DNA from: Candidatus Eiseniibacteriota bacterium
GTDB taxonomy: Bacteria; Eisenbacteria; RBG-16-71-46; SZUA-252
Direction of reading: 5' to 3'
NCBI GenBank assembly: GCA_031370645.1
Contig: JANMQV010000003.1
Span: 1-64,000, forward strand
Length of the DNA: 64,000 nt
The notes under the pieces were generated by a model. The model was not told the origin of the DNA. It was given only the letters and a program-made list of their open reading frames with translations, and did not search any database. The number at the start of each line of letters is the position of its first letter. The first letter of the stretch is position 1. The translations under genes and the position numbers were made by a program. Below, one piece after another: positions 1-8,075 of this stretch.

Positions 1-2391
1 CTCAAGCGGACCCGCCGCATGGGGAACGTGGAGCGCGCGCTCGAAGCGACCACGGGCCTCTCGATCGAGACGCTCTCGAAGAAGTGGCAGGAGGCGGTGC
101 GGAAAGAATACCTCCCCCAGATCGCCGACTTCGACAAGCCCGACGCCATCGCGTCGAAACTGACCGACTCGGAGCACGACTTCTCCAATTTCAATGTCGC
201 CGTCTCGCTTGCGCCCTCCGGCAATCAGATGGTCTACATTTCGGACCGGAGCATGTACAACGACGTCTATCTCGCCTCGGCCCTCGACGGCAAAGTGTTC
301 CGGAAACTGATCTCCGGAGAACGGACGGGAACGTTCGAGACGCTACGCTTCTTCAACACGGCGATCGCCTGGTCGCCGGACGAGAAGCAGATCGCCATCC
401 CGGCCAAGGCGGGTGGCGAGGACGCGCTCTATCTCGTGGATACCAAATCGGGAAAGGTGCGGAAGAAACTCCGCTACGGTCTCGACGCCATCTATTCGCC
501 GGCATGGTCGCCCGACGGGAAAACGATCGCCTTCGTCGGGATCGCGAGCGGACTTTCCTCCCTCCGAATCACGTCGCCCGACGGCAAGCAGACGGCAACG
601 CTCATGAGCGGCCTCCACGCCGTGCGAGACCCCGCCTGGTCGCCCGACGGGAGGAGACTCGCCTTCCTGACGGACGAGGGTGAGGGTACCGATCTGAAGC
701 GCCTCGTCTTCTCGCCGCTCCGCGTGGCGATCTACGACGTGACGACGAAGAGCGTCACGGTGCCGCCGGGGCAACTCGGCCAGAACACCTCGCCGCAGTG
801 GTCTCCCGATGGACGCTCGATTCTATTCGTCTCGGATCGTACGGGGATCGCGAATCTCTACCGAATGGACCTCGACAGCGGAAAGTCGATCCGATTGACG
901 AATCTCCTTTCGGGAATCTCCGGTCTCGTGCCGGAGAGCCCCGCCGTCTCGGTCTCGCGCGACGGGAAGCGCATCGTCTTCACCTCCTTCACGCGAGGCG
1001 GCTGGGACATCTACTCGGTACGCGATCCGAAGAAGATGCTCGAGACGCCGGCGATGATCGCGGACGCCCCCATGCAGACCCCGCCGGAGCGCCGCGTCGC
1101 GTCGGCCGATGCCTCCTCGGGAGCCGAGGCAGTCCCCGCGGCGGGCAGCGCGGAGAAGCCGGCGACGACCGCCGAACGCTACTCGTACTTCGGAGCCGCG
1201 CCCGACCGGGCCCGCTCCGAAGCGGCCGATCGTGTGATCCTCGGACCGGCGAACGGCGCCGCCGACACGGCAGCCGTGGACTCGACCCTTGCCCACTACA
1301 TCCAGATCGCTTACAGCGAACCGCTGGCCGATAGCACGACCTTTCTCCGTCTCCCCTACAAGGCGCGGTTCGCTCGCGACTACATCTCGGGTTCGGCGCT
1401 CTTCGCCTCGAACGTCGGATTCGCCGGCTCGAGCGCCATCTCCTTCAGCGACGTGCTCGGGAATCACAATCTGGTCGCCGCGCTCAATCTCTATGGCGAT
1501 CTGCGCCAGTCGGACATCTACCTCGCCTACACGAACCTCTCGCGTCGCACGAACTGGGGCGGGGCGCTCTTCCAGTACCGCGTCGGGCGTCTCCTTCTCT
1601 CCACCGCGGAATCTGACGACGTGCAGGATCAGATCTACCGCGGCGGCGCGGCCTTCTTCTCGCGCCCCTTCTCGCGCTTCCGCCGGTTTGAATTCGGATC
1701 CGAAGCGGCGGTCATCGATGAGCGTGTGCTCCGGTACAACTACTCGCTTGGCCGGATCTCCCAACTGGCGGACGGCGGGAGTTCCTTCTACGTCGCTCCC
1801 TACGTCGCCCTCGTGGCCGACAACGCGCTCTACGGCTCCACCGGGCCGATCAACGGCGGGCGCTCCCGCTACAGCCTGGAGCACGCGGTGGGGGACATCA
1901 CGTACTCGACCGGGCTTCTCGACTGGCGCCGCTACACGAACATTCGCCATCGCTTCGCGCTCGCGCAGCGCGTCATCGCCGGCGCGAGCGTGGGGCGCGA
2001 TCCGCAGCTCTTCCGGTTCGGCGGGCCGTTCACGTTTCGCGGCGTCGACTACGGCGATCTCGTCGGAACACGCCTCCTCGTCGCGAATCTGGAATTCCGC
2101 TTCCCGCTCATCGAGCAGCTGGGGCTCGGCTGGCCGCTCCCGCTCTACATCGGCGGCATCAACGGCGTCTTCTTCGTGGAGGGGGCGAGCGCGTGGGAAG
2201 AGGGGCACGATCCCAAGTTCTTCTCGTCCGTCGGGGGGCTCCACACGGAGAACTTCCGTCTCGCCTTCGGTGCTGGCGCGCGCGTGAATCTCGGCTACTT
2301 CATCCTTCGCTACGACTTCGGTCGCGAGCACCGGCTCGAGGGGGGCCTCGGAAAACCGCAGCACTTCCTATCGTTCGGCGCCGACTTCTAG
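1..2391 (+). CDS. TolB/PD40 beta-propeller + Omp85 (BamA/TamA-like) beta-barrel outer membrane protein; 5'-truncated by the window edge
   Basis: The frame is open from position 1. It has repeated WSPDG-type PD40 motifs (AWSPDEK, PAWSPDGK, PAWSPDGR, PQWSPDGR), then an Ala/Pro linker, then amphipathic beta-strands. These include the Omp85-like FRGVD loop and NLEFRFPL, and the protein ends in SFGADF with a C-terminal Phe. Confidence 0.8.
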   Translation, partial: LKRTRRMGNVERALEATTGLSIETLSKKWQEAVRKEYLPQIADFDKPDAIASKLTDSEHDFSNFNVAVSLAPSGNQMVYISDRSMYNDVYLASALDGKVFRKLISGERTGTFETLRFFNTAIAWSPDEKQIAIPAKAGGEDALYLVDTKSGKVRKKLRYGLDAIYSPAWSPDGKTIAFVGIASGLSSLRITSPDGKQTATLMSGLHAVRDPAWSPDGRRLAFLTDEGEGTDLKRLVFSPLRVAIYDVTTKSVTVPPGQLGQNTSPQWSPDGRSILFVSDRTGIANLYRMDLDSGKSIRLTNLLSGISGLVPESPAVSVSRDGKRIVFTSFTRGGWDIYSVRDPKKMLETPAMIADAPMQTPPERRVASADASSGAEAVPAAGSAEKPATTAERYSYFGAAPDRARSEAADRVILGPANGAADTAAVDSTLAHYIQIAYSEPLADSTTFLRLPYKARFARDYISGSALFASNVGFAGSSAISFSDVLGNHNLVAALNLYGDLRQSDIYLAYTNLSRRTNWGGALFQYRVGRLLLSTAESDDVQDQIYRGGAAFFSRPFSRFRRFEFGSEAAVIDERVLRYNYSLGRISQLADGGSSFYVAPYVALVADNALYGSTGPINGGRSRYSLEHAVGDITYSTGLLDWRRYTNIRHRFALAQRVIAGASVGRDPQLFRFGGPFTFRGVDYGDLVGTRLLVANLEFRFPLIEQLGLGWPLPLYIGGINGVFFVEGASAWEEGHDPKFFSSVGGLHTENFRLAFGAGARVNLGYFILRYDFGREHRLEGGLGKPQHFLSFGADF

Positions 2392-2392
2392 C

Positions 2393-2959
2393 GTGACGTT
2401 TCCCTGGCAAGGCTGGGACGAGGCGCTCTTCCGCCAGATCCACCTCGCCTGGCGGCATCCCGCTCTCGATCCGATCTTCCGCGGGCTCACCGACCCCGGA
2501 AAGCTCCTTCTGCCGTTCCTGCTCGTCCTCGTTGGGCTCCTCTGGATGAAGCGGCGGCGGGGGCTCGTGGGTCTCCTGGTGCTCGCCGCGACGATCACTG
2601 TTTCGGATCAGACGAGCGCGAAACTGCTGAAGCCGTTCTTCCACCGGGCTCGCCCGTCAGTCGTCGTCGTCGATTCGCAACCAATATTCGGCGTCCGCGG
2701 CTCCTATTCCTTCCCGTCGGTCCATGCCACGAACGCCTTCGCCACGGCCTTCGTTCTCGATGCGGTTTTCCCCGGCGGCCGACTCGCGCTCTTCACGCTG
2801 GCGGCGCTCGTCTCCTACTCGCGCATCTACGTGGGGGACCACTGGCCCTCGGACTCGCTCGCGGGGGCGCTCTGGGGGAGTGTGATCGGGCTCGGCGGAC
2901 GAATGCTCTTCGTGCGGCTCGCTACGAAAGCCGGAGGAACGCCCAGTGCCGCCCGGTGA
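2393..2959 (+). CDS. PAP2-family membrane phosphatase (undecaprenyl-PP or lipid A phosphatase-like)
   Basis: PAP2 motifs KPFFHRARP, SFPSVH and SRIYVGDHWPSD; hydrophobic helices. Confidence 0.9.
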   Translation: MTFPWQGWDEALFRQIHLAWRHPALDPIFRGLTDPGKLLLPFLLVLVGLLWMKRRRGLVGLLVLAATITVSDQTSAKLLKPFFHRARPSVVVVDSQPIFGVRGSYSFPSVHATNAFATAFVLDAVFPGGRLALFTLAALVSYSRIYVGDHWPSDSLAGALWGSVIGLGGRMLFVRLATKAGGTPSAAR

Positions 2960-3686
2960 TTCCGTGGTCCCGCCGATACGAATAGAACCGGTCGGCGGCG
3001 CACGAGGTGCATTCGCCGGCCAGGTGGACGCGCGCCCCGTCGACGCCGGCTTCGAGGAGCGACCGGAGGATGGCGCCAGGGAGATCGACCGCCTCCTGAC
3101 CGCTCGAATGCGGATGGCGGAGCGACGGGTCGAACTCGGCGGCCACGTCGGCGCCGACCGGAAAACAGCAGGCGTGAATACAGGGTCCGACGACCGCCCG
3201 GAGCCGCGACCGATCGGAACCCTCCGCGACGAGGCGCTCGACCGCTCGTGCGGCGATCCCCGCGCGTGCGCCTCGCCAGCCGGAATGGAGAATCGCGGCG
3301 TGGCTCCCGTCCTCGGCGACGATCACGACCGGGGCGCAGTCGGCGGCGGAGACCGCCACCCAGGGATCGCCGCGTCGGACGATGAAGCCGTCGGCCTCCG
3401 TCGGCGTCTCCGCTGGCCGGACGAGCCGCGCGCCGTGAACCTGACTCAAGAGGGACGGCGTCTCTCTTGGATCGCCGAGAACGGCGCGAAGGGCCTCGCG
3501 ATTCCAGCGCACCGCTTCCGGGTCGTCGCCGACGCCGAGGCTCACGTTGAACGAAGCGTAGGGGCCGCGGCTTCGGCCGACGAGACGAGTCGTCATGCCG
3601 AACCACGCGCCCGACGAAAGCGAGCCTTGGGGAGGACGCCAGAAGGGAAGTGCGGCTTCGTCCGGGGTCGTGGCGGATTCTTGCAT
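2922..3686 (-). CDS. pgeF: YfiH/PgeF-family protein (laccase-domain, purine nucleoside phosphorylase-like)
   Basis: Motifs QVHG, EADG, ADCAPV, HSGWRG, GPCI and CTSC...FYSYRR. ATG at 3686 chosen as start; the longer ORF upstream overlaps the neighbouring gene. Confidence 0.88.
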   Translation of the reverse strand: MQESATTPDEAALPFWRPPQGSLSSGAWFGMTTRLVGRSRGPYASFNVSLGVGDDPEAVRWNREALRAVLGDPRETPSLLSQVHGARLVRPAETPTEADGFIVRRGDPWVAVSAADCAPVVIVAEDGSHAAILHSGWRGARAGIAARAVERLVAEGSDRSRLRAVVGPCIHACCFPVGADVAAEFDPSLRHPHSSGQEAVDLPGAILRSLLEAGVDGARVHLAGECTSCAADRFYSYRRDHGITGRHWAFLRLS

Positions 3687-4553
3687 GGGCCGGAGGGTGC
3701 CCGCCGCGCGTGGAACGCGCAAGCGAATTGCGCCGCAGCACGGCTCCTCGTCGTCGTCGCCACCGCGACGTACCTCGCGGCGGGGTGCGCCCACGCTCCC
3801 GCGGCGACGAGCGCGGCTGAAGCGCGCGCGCGCCTTCTCGCCGATCGTGCCGCCGCCGCGGCCGGCGCTCCGATCCGGGGGGTCGGCGACGTGGATGCCG
3901 ACATCGCGGGGCGCGGCGGATCGTTCGAGGCGCGCTGGGGCGCCGCGGGAGAGAGCCTCGTCGTCATCGGCTACTCCGGTCCGATTCGCGTGCTCGACGC
4001 GTCGCTCCTTCGCGATTCGGTCTTCGTCGCGATTCGGCCGAAGGAGTTCGGCGTCGCGGGTCTCATTCGTCCGGCCGACGGATTCGGAGCCGACGGCCTT
4101 CGCTTCCTGCTTCGGCCGTGGGACTTCGGCCCGCGGTGGGTGCGCGAGGCGATCGAACGCGCCTCCGCCGATCCCATGGAGGGGGGCTGGAGGCTTCGTG
4201 GCGAGGGTGAGACCGACGCGGGCCGTGTGACGTTCGGGCTCGACATCACGGCGCGTGGAGAGCCGAGACGACTCGAGATCTCACGCCCTGGCGACGTGCG
4301 CGGTGCCGCGGTCGTTCGCTACGGCGCGCTCCGAACGTTTGCCGCGGGACGCTATCCGCGCTGGATCGAATGGACCCGCGACGATGCGCGCGTCCGGCTC
4401 GACCTGCGCGAAGTAGCCCCCCTTCCGGGCGGGACGCTTCGCCTCCTCCCTCCTGCTTCGCGCGAGTGGCGTATCGTGGGTCTCGACGATCCCGAAGGGC
4501 GCGAGCTCCTCGGTCGGTTGGTGGGGGATTCGACGGGAGACGAGAAGCGATGA
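3681..4553 (+). CDS. Putative lipoprotein, possible LolB/DUF4292-like fold
   Basis: Hydrophobic stretch LLVVVATATY followed by lipobox LAAG-C, then a beta-rich body ending RYPRWIEWTRDDARVRLDL. Its stop overlaps the next ATG (ATGA). The start is uncertain; TTG at 3681 is the nearest in-frame candidate. Confidence 0.6.
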   Translation: MHGPEGARRAWNAQANCAAARLLVVVATATYLAAGCAHAPAATSAAEARARLLADRAAAAAGAPIRGVGDVDADIAGRGGSFEARWGAAGESLVVIGYSGPIRVLDASLLRDSVFVAIRPKEFGVAGLIRPADGFGADGLRFLLRPWDFGPRWVREAIERASADPMEGGWRLRGEGETDAGRVTFGLDITARGEPRRLEISRPGDVRGAAVVRYGALRTFAAGRYPRWIEWTRDDARVRLDLREVAPLPGGTLRLLPPASREWRIVGLDDPEGRELLGRLVGDSTGDEKR

Positions 4554-5305
4554 GAATTCGACGTACGACCGCGCGGCGAAGCGGAGACACGGCCGTGGCC
4601 GCGCTCTTGATCGCGGGCGCGCTTGCCGCCGGCATCGTCCTGATCGCGGCGCCCTTCGCCGCCGCCCAGGACGACGCCGTGACGCGGATGCTCCAGCCCG
4701 TCCTGACCGCCCGCGAAGCGACCGCGACGGTGATCCTCGAGCGAAGCGATCCGTTCGGCGGCCCTCCCGAGCGGGAACGCGGACGCGTGTGGTACATCCC
4801 CGGACGCGGGCTTCGCTATCGCGCCGACGGAGCGCAGGGCATCCAGCTGGTACTCGACCGGATGGCCGACCGGATGATCCTCTATCGCCCCGCGGAGCCG
4901 AAGCTCTACAGAGCCCCCTGGGCGAAAGCGCCATCGAAACTTCGCCGTCTTGTGGCCGAGCCGGAGCGGGTGCTCCATGGTTCCTTCGGCGCCGAATCGG
5001 AGCGACGCGACGTGCGCGGGGCGGCCCGCGCCGGATGGAAACTTCGTCCGGCATCGTTCGGCGACTCTCTCTCCCGCGTCTCGGTGTGGATCTCGGCCGA
5101 ATCGAAGTCGGGACTCCCTCGGTTCGTCTCGCTCGGGTCCGACGTGGATACGCTCCTGGTCGAGTTTCGCTCGTGGTCATTTCCGAAGAACGCGCGTGCC
5201 GGAGATCTGGCCGTTCGGGTTCCCGCCGGCACGCCGGAGGCTCCGCTCGATCCTCGCGAACTACTCGATCCGAAAGAGGGAGATAAAAGCGGGGAAAGAC
5301 GTTGA
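4550..5305 (+). CDS. LolA-like outer-membrane lipoprotein carrier
   Basis: Sec signal peptide (…APFAAA-Q), GRVWYIPGRGLRY resembling the LolA G..Y..PG..RW strand motif, and a beta-rich sequence of about 250 aa. Confidence 0.6.
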   Translation: MRIRRTTARRSGDTAVAALLIAGALAAGIVLIAAPFAAAQDDAVTRMLQPVLTAREATATVILERSDPFGGPPERERGRVWYIPGRGLRYRADGAQGIQLVLDRMADRMILYRPAEPKLYRAPWAKAPSKLRRLVAEPERVLHGSFGAESERRDVRGAARAGWKLRPASFGDSLSRVSVWISAESKSGLPRFVSLGSDVDTLLVEFRSWSFPKNARAGDLAVRVPAGTPEAPLDPRELLDPKEGDKSGERR

Positions 5306-5332
5306 CGTCCCGGCGCGGGGCCGTGATACGGT
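5302..5332 (+). promoter_or_regulatory. Possible sigma70-type promoter for the nitrilase and histidine kinase genes
   Basis: TTGACG at 5302-5307, overlapping the upstream TGA, and extended -10 TG-A-TACGGT at 5324-5332. The 19-nt spacer is long. Confidence 0.35.
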
Positions 5333-5395
5333 CGCGCTTGTGACTAGCGAAGGGCCTCACTCCAGACGGCGACTCCTCAACGGGATCGGGGCGGC

Positions 5396-6211
5396 GTGAA
5401 GGTCGGCCTCTTTCAATTCGCCCCCGTTCGCGGGCGCCCGGATACGAACGCGGCGACGCTCGAGTCGGCACTCCGTTCGGCCGACTGCGATCTCCTCGTC
5501 GCCCCGGAACTCGCCACGTCCGGATATCTCTACCTCGACCGGGACGAACTCGCCTCCGTCGCCGAACGCGTGCCGGACGGGCCGTCGTGCGCCCGGCTCC
5601 TTCAGGTCTGCCGCGAAACGGGGCGATCGATCGTCGTCGGCGTCGCGGAACAGGACGGCGATCGCATTTACAATTCCGCCGCGCTTCTCACGCCGGGCGG
5701 GTGCGTCGCGCTCTACCGAAAGGCCCATCTCTTCGACACCGAGACGCTCGTCTTCGATCGCGCCGGCGCGACGAACGATCTGGCCGACGCGGCCGGCGCG
5801 AAGATCGGGCTCATGATCTGCTTCGATTGGCGCTTTCCGGAAGTGGCGCGGCTCTTGGCGCTCCGGGGAGCGGAAGTGCTTGCCCACCCCTCGAATCTCG
5901 TCCTCCCGTTCTGCCAGGACGCCATGGTGACGCGCTCGCTCGAGAATCGCGTCTTCACCGTCACGGCGAACCGCTTCGGCACCGAAACGGTGGGTACGAC
6001 CTCGATCACATTCACCGGGAGGAGCCAGATGGTCTCGCCGCGCGGCGAGCGGCTGGCCGCCATGGGAGTGAACGAGGAGGGCATTCGTATCGTGACGATC
6101 GACCCCGCCGAGGCGCGCGACAAGCGCGGCACCGGGCGAAACGATCTCTTCGCCGATCGCCGCGTCGATCTCTGGGCGGGGCTTCTGACCCCGCCGGGGG
6201 TGACGCGATGA
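5396..6211 (+). CDS. Carbon-nitrogen hydrolase (nitrilase/amidase superfamily)
   Basis: Catalytic E-K-C triad motifs: VAPEL, YRKAHLF and ICFDWRFPE. Confidence 0.92.
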   Translation: MKVGLFQFAPVRGRPDTNAATLESALRSADCDLLVAPELATSGYLYLDRDELASVAERVPDGPSCARLLQVCRETGRSIVVGVAEQDGDRIYNSAALLTPGGCVALYRKAHLFDTETLVFDRAGATNDLADAAGAKIGLMICFDWRFPEVARLLALRGAEVLAHPSNLVLPFCQDAMVTRSLENRVFTVTANRFGTETVGTTSITFTGRSQMVSPRGERLAAMGVNEEGIRIVTIDPAEARDKRGTGRNDLFADRRVDLWAGLLTPPGVTR

Positions 6212-6221
6212 GAGGAACGCG

Positions 6222-7637
6222 ATGAGCCAGGCGCTCGTCACCTACATCGCGCTCGTCACCGCGATCGGCGGCTACATTCTCTCCGGTTCGGTGGAGGCGT
6301 TTCTCGCGCTTGGCTGGATGCCGCTTCTCGCCTGGATCATCGTCAGCCTCGTCGCCGAGAGCCTCTGGCTTCAGACGATCACCGGGAAGGCCATGGAGAG
6401 CATGGCCTCCACCGTCGACATCAGCCTCCTCGTCCTCCTCGGCTACAAGCCTGCCGTCTGTATCGTCGCCATCGCCTTCGCGCTCGCGAACGTCTTCTTC
6501 TCGAAGCGGATCTGGTACAAAGCGATCTTCAACGCGGGGCAGAACGTCATCGCGCTCACGGCGGCAGGTCTCGTCTTCTCGCTTCTGGGAGGGCGGCCGC
6601 TCGCCACCGAAGGCGGCCTGGAGGCGTTTCGCGGACTGCAGGGCCCGGCGCTCATCGGCCCGTGGGTTGCCGCGACGCTCGTCTATTTCGTCGCCAACAC
6701 GATTCTCGTCTCGGGCGCGGTGGCGCTTCAGTCCGGGAGAAAACTCTTCGCCACGTGGCGCGAAGAATACATGAACCCGCACTCCGCGCTCGGATCGGCC
6801 GCGCTCTTTTTCCTCTCGCCCCTCGTCGTCGTGTCGTACCTGGCGCTCGGGTTCTTCGGCCTCATCTTCTTCTTCGTGCCGCTCATGCTCATCAAGGAGG
6901 CGGGCGCGCGCTACATCGATCTCGAGAAGGCGCACAACCAGATGGTTTCCTCCGAGCGGCTGGCGGCGAAGGGGGAAATGGCGGCCGAGATCGCGCACGA
7001 GATCAACAATTACCTGGCGGCCATCTCGGGCCGCGCGCAGCTCTTCATGATGAACGCGGCGACGATGACTCCCGAAAAGGCGCAGGACGGCGCGCGCATC
7101 ATCTTCGAGCAGGCTCGCCAGATGGGGATCCTGGTACGCGGCTTGGTCGACTTCTCACACAAAGAGACGAGGCTTCAGCCGACTCAATTGAATGAGGTCA
7201 TCCGTCGGACGATCGAGTTCATCACGCCGCAGAACAAGTACGAGCGCGTCTCCTTCGACCTCGAGCTTGAAGCGACGCTCCCCGAGACGAATCTCGATCC
7301 TGCCCAGGTCCAGCAGGTGCTCCTGAATCTCTTCAGCAACGCCGCCGACGCGCTACGCCAGCAGGGCGGAGCCGATCCGCGCATTCTCGTGCGGACGCGA
7401 TTCGCGGCGGGAGAAGCGGTGGAGTTGACCGTGGAAGACAACGGGCCGGGAATTCCGGGGGAAGCGATGTCGAAGCTCTTCGAGCCCTCGTTCACCACCA
7501 AGCCGGAAGGGCATGGCTTCGGGCTCTCCACCACCTACCGCATCGTGAAGAACCACGGCGGGACGATCGGGGTCGAGAACGCGCCGCGGTCGGGCGCGCG
7601 ATTCACCGTTCAGTTCCCGGTACGAAAGGCCGCCTAG
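6222..7637 (+). CDS. Membrane sensor histidine kinase with a multi-TM (MASE9-like) input domain
   Basis: About 7 TM helices, H-box IAHEINNYL, N-box LLNLFSNA, G1 DNGPGI, F-box FEPSFTTK and G2 GHGFGL. Confidence 0.92.
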   Translation: MSQALVTYIALVTAIGGYILSGSVEAFLALGWMPLLAWIIVSLVAESLWLQTITGKAMESMASTVDISLLVLLGYKPAVCIVAIAFALANVFFSKRIWYKAIFNAGQNVIALTAAGLVFSLLGGRPLATEGGLEAFRGLQGPALIGPWVAATLVYFVANTILVSGAVALQSGRKLFATWREEYMNPHSALGSAALFFLSPLVVVSYLALGFFGLIFFFVPLMLIKEAGARYIDLEKAHNQMVSSERLAAKGEMAAEIAHEINNYLAAISGRAQLFMMNAATMTPEKAQDGARIIFEQARQMGILVRGLVDFSHKETRLQPTQLNEVIRRTIEFITPQNKYERVSFDLELEATLPETNLDPAQVQQVLLNLFSNAADALRQQGGADPRILVRTRFAAGEAVELTVEDNGPGIPGEAMSKLFEPSFTTKPEGHGFGLSTTYRIVKNHGGTIGVENAPRSGARFTVQFPVRKAA

Positions 7638-7652
7638 CCGCCCGGTGCGACC

Positions 7653-8027
7653 TCAGCGGTCGACGGCGCGGATGAAGAGGATTCCGGCCGCCGCGCCAAG
7701 CAAGTCGACCACGAGGTCTTTGCGGCTCGCGCCGCGTCCGCAGCGCGCCGGCTTGAAGGCGGCGTCGTAGATCTCCTTCGCCATCCCCACGCCGAACGTC
7801 ATCCCTACCGCCGCCCCTTCTTCCTGACCTTGGATCCGTAGCGACGCCGCGAGTGCAAACGAGCCGGCGAAATGGAGGGTCTTGTCGGAGGCGAGCCAGG
7901 AACCTTCACGGTCGACCGGGAGGAAGAGCCGTTCGGCTCGCGCGGAGGGCGCAGACCCGGCGATCGCGAGGCACGAGACGACCAGCGAGCTGATGAAGTA
8001 CCGATGCACGAGGGTCGATCGACGCAT
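7653..8027 (-). CDS. Small exported or membrane protein, YfiM/DUF2279-like
   Basis: Signal-like N-terminus; W...DKTLHF, KEIYD and DLVVDLLG motifs typical of YfiM-like proteins. Confidence 0.65.
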   Translation of the reverse strand: MRRSTLVHRYFISSLVVSCLAIAGSAPSARAERLFLPVDREGSWLASDKTLHFAGSFALAASLRIQGQEEGAAVGMTFGVGMAKEIYDAAFKPARCGRGASRKDLVVDLLGAAAGILFIRAVDR

Positions 8028-8033
8028 GGCGCG

Positions 8034-8042
8034 AGCCTAGCA
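8034..8042 (-). promoter_or_regulatory. Extended -10 promoter, probably giving a leaderless mRNA for the YfiM-like gene
   Basis: The minus strand reads TG-C-TAGGCT-cgcgcc-ATG(8027); no SD is present. Confidence 0.5.
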
Positions 8043-8060
8043 CGCGACGCGCGCAGGGTC

Positions 8061-8069
8061 TGGTACGAT
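8061..8069 (+). promoter_or_regulatory. Extended -10 promoter, probably giving a leaderless mRNA for cca
   Basis: Reads TG-G-TACGAT-cctcgg-ATG(8076); no SD is present. Confidence 0.55.
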
Positions 8070-8075
8070 CCTCGG

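Noticed and set aside
823..2364. Long antisense ORFs (also 24012-26045, 39184-40773, 48157-50217, 50201-52387, 52422-54392 and others)
   Set aside because: They are shadows of well-supported + strand genes. High GC and strong codon bias suppress stops in other frames, and the translations have no recognisable motifs.
2946..3680. N-terminal half of the 535-aa ORF 2946..4553
   Set aside because: It is the antisense of pgeF; only the part from the lipoprotein signal onward looks like a real protein.
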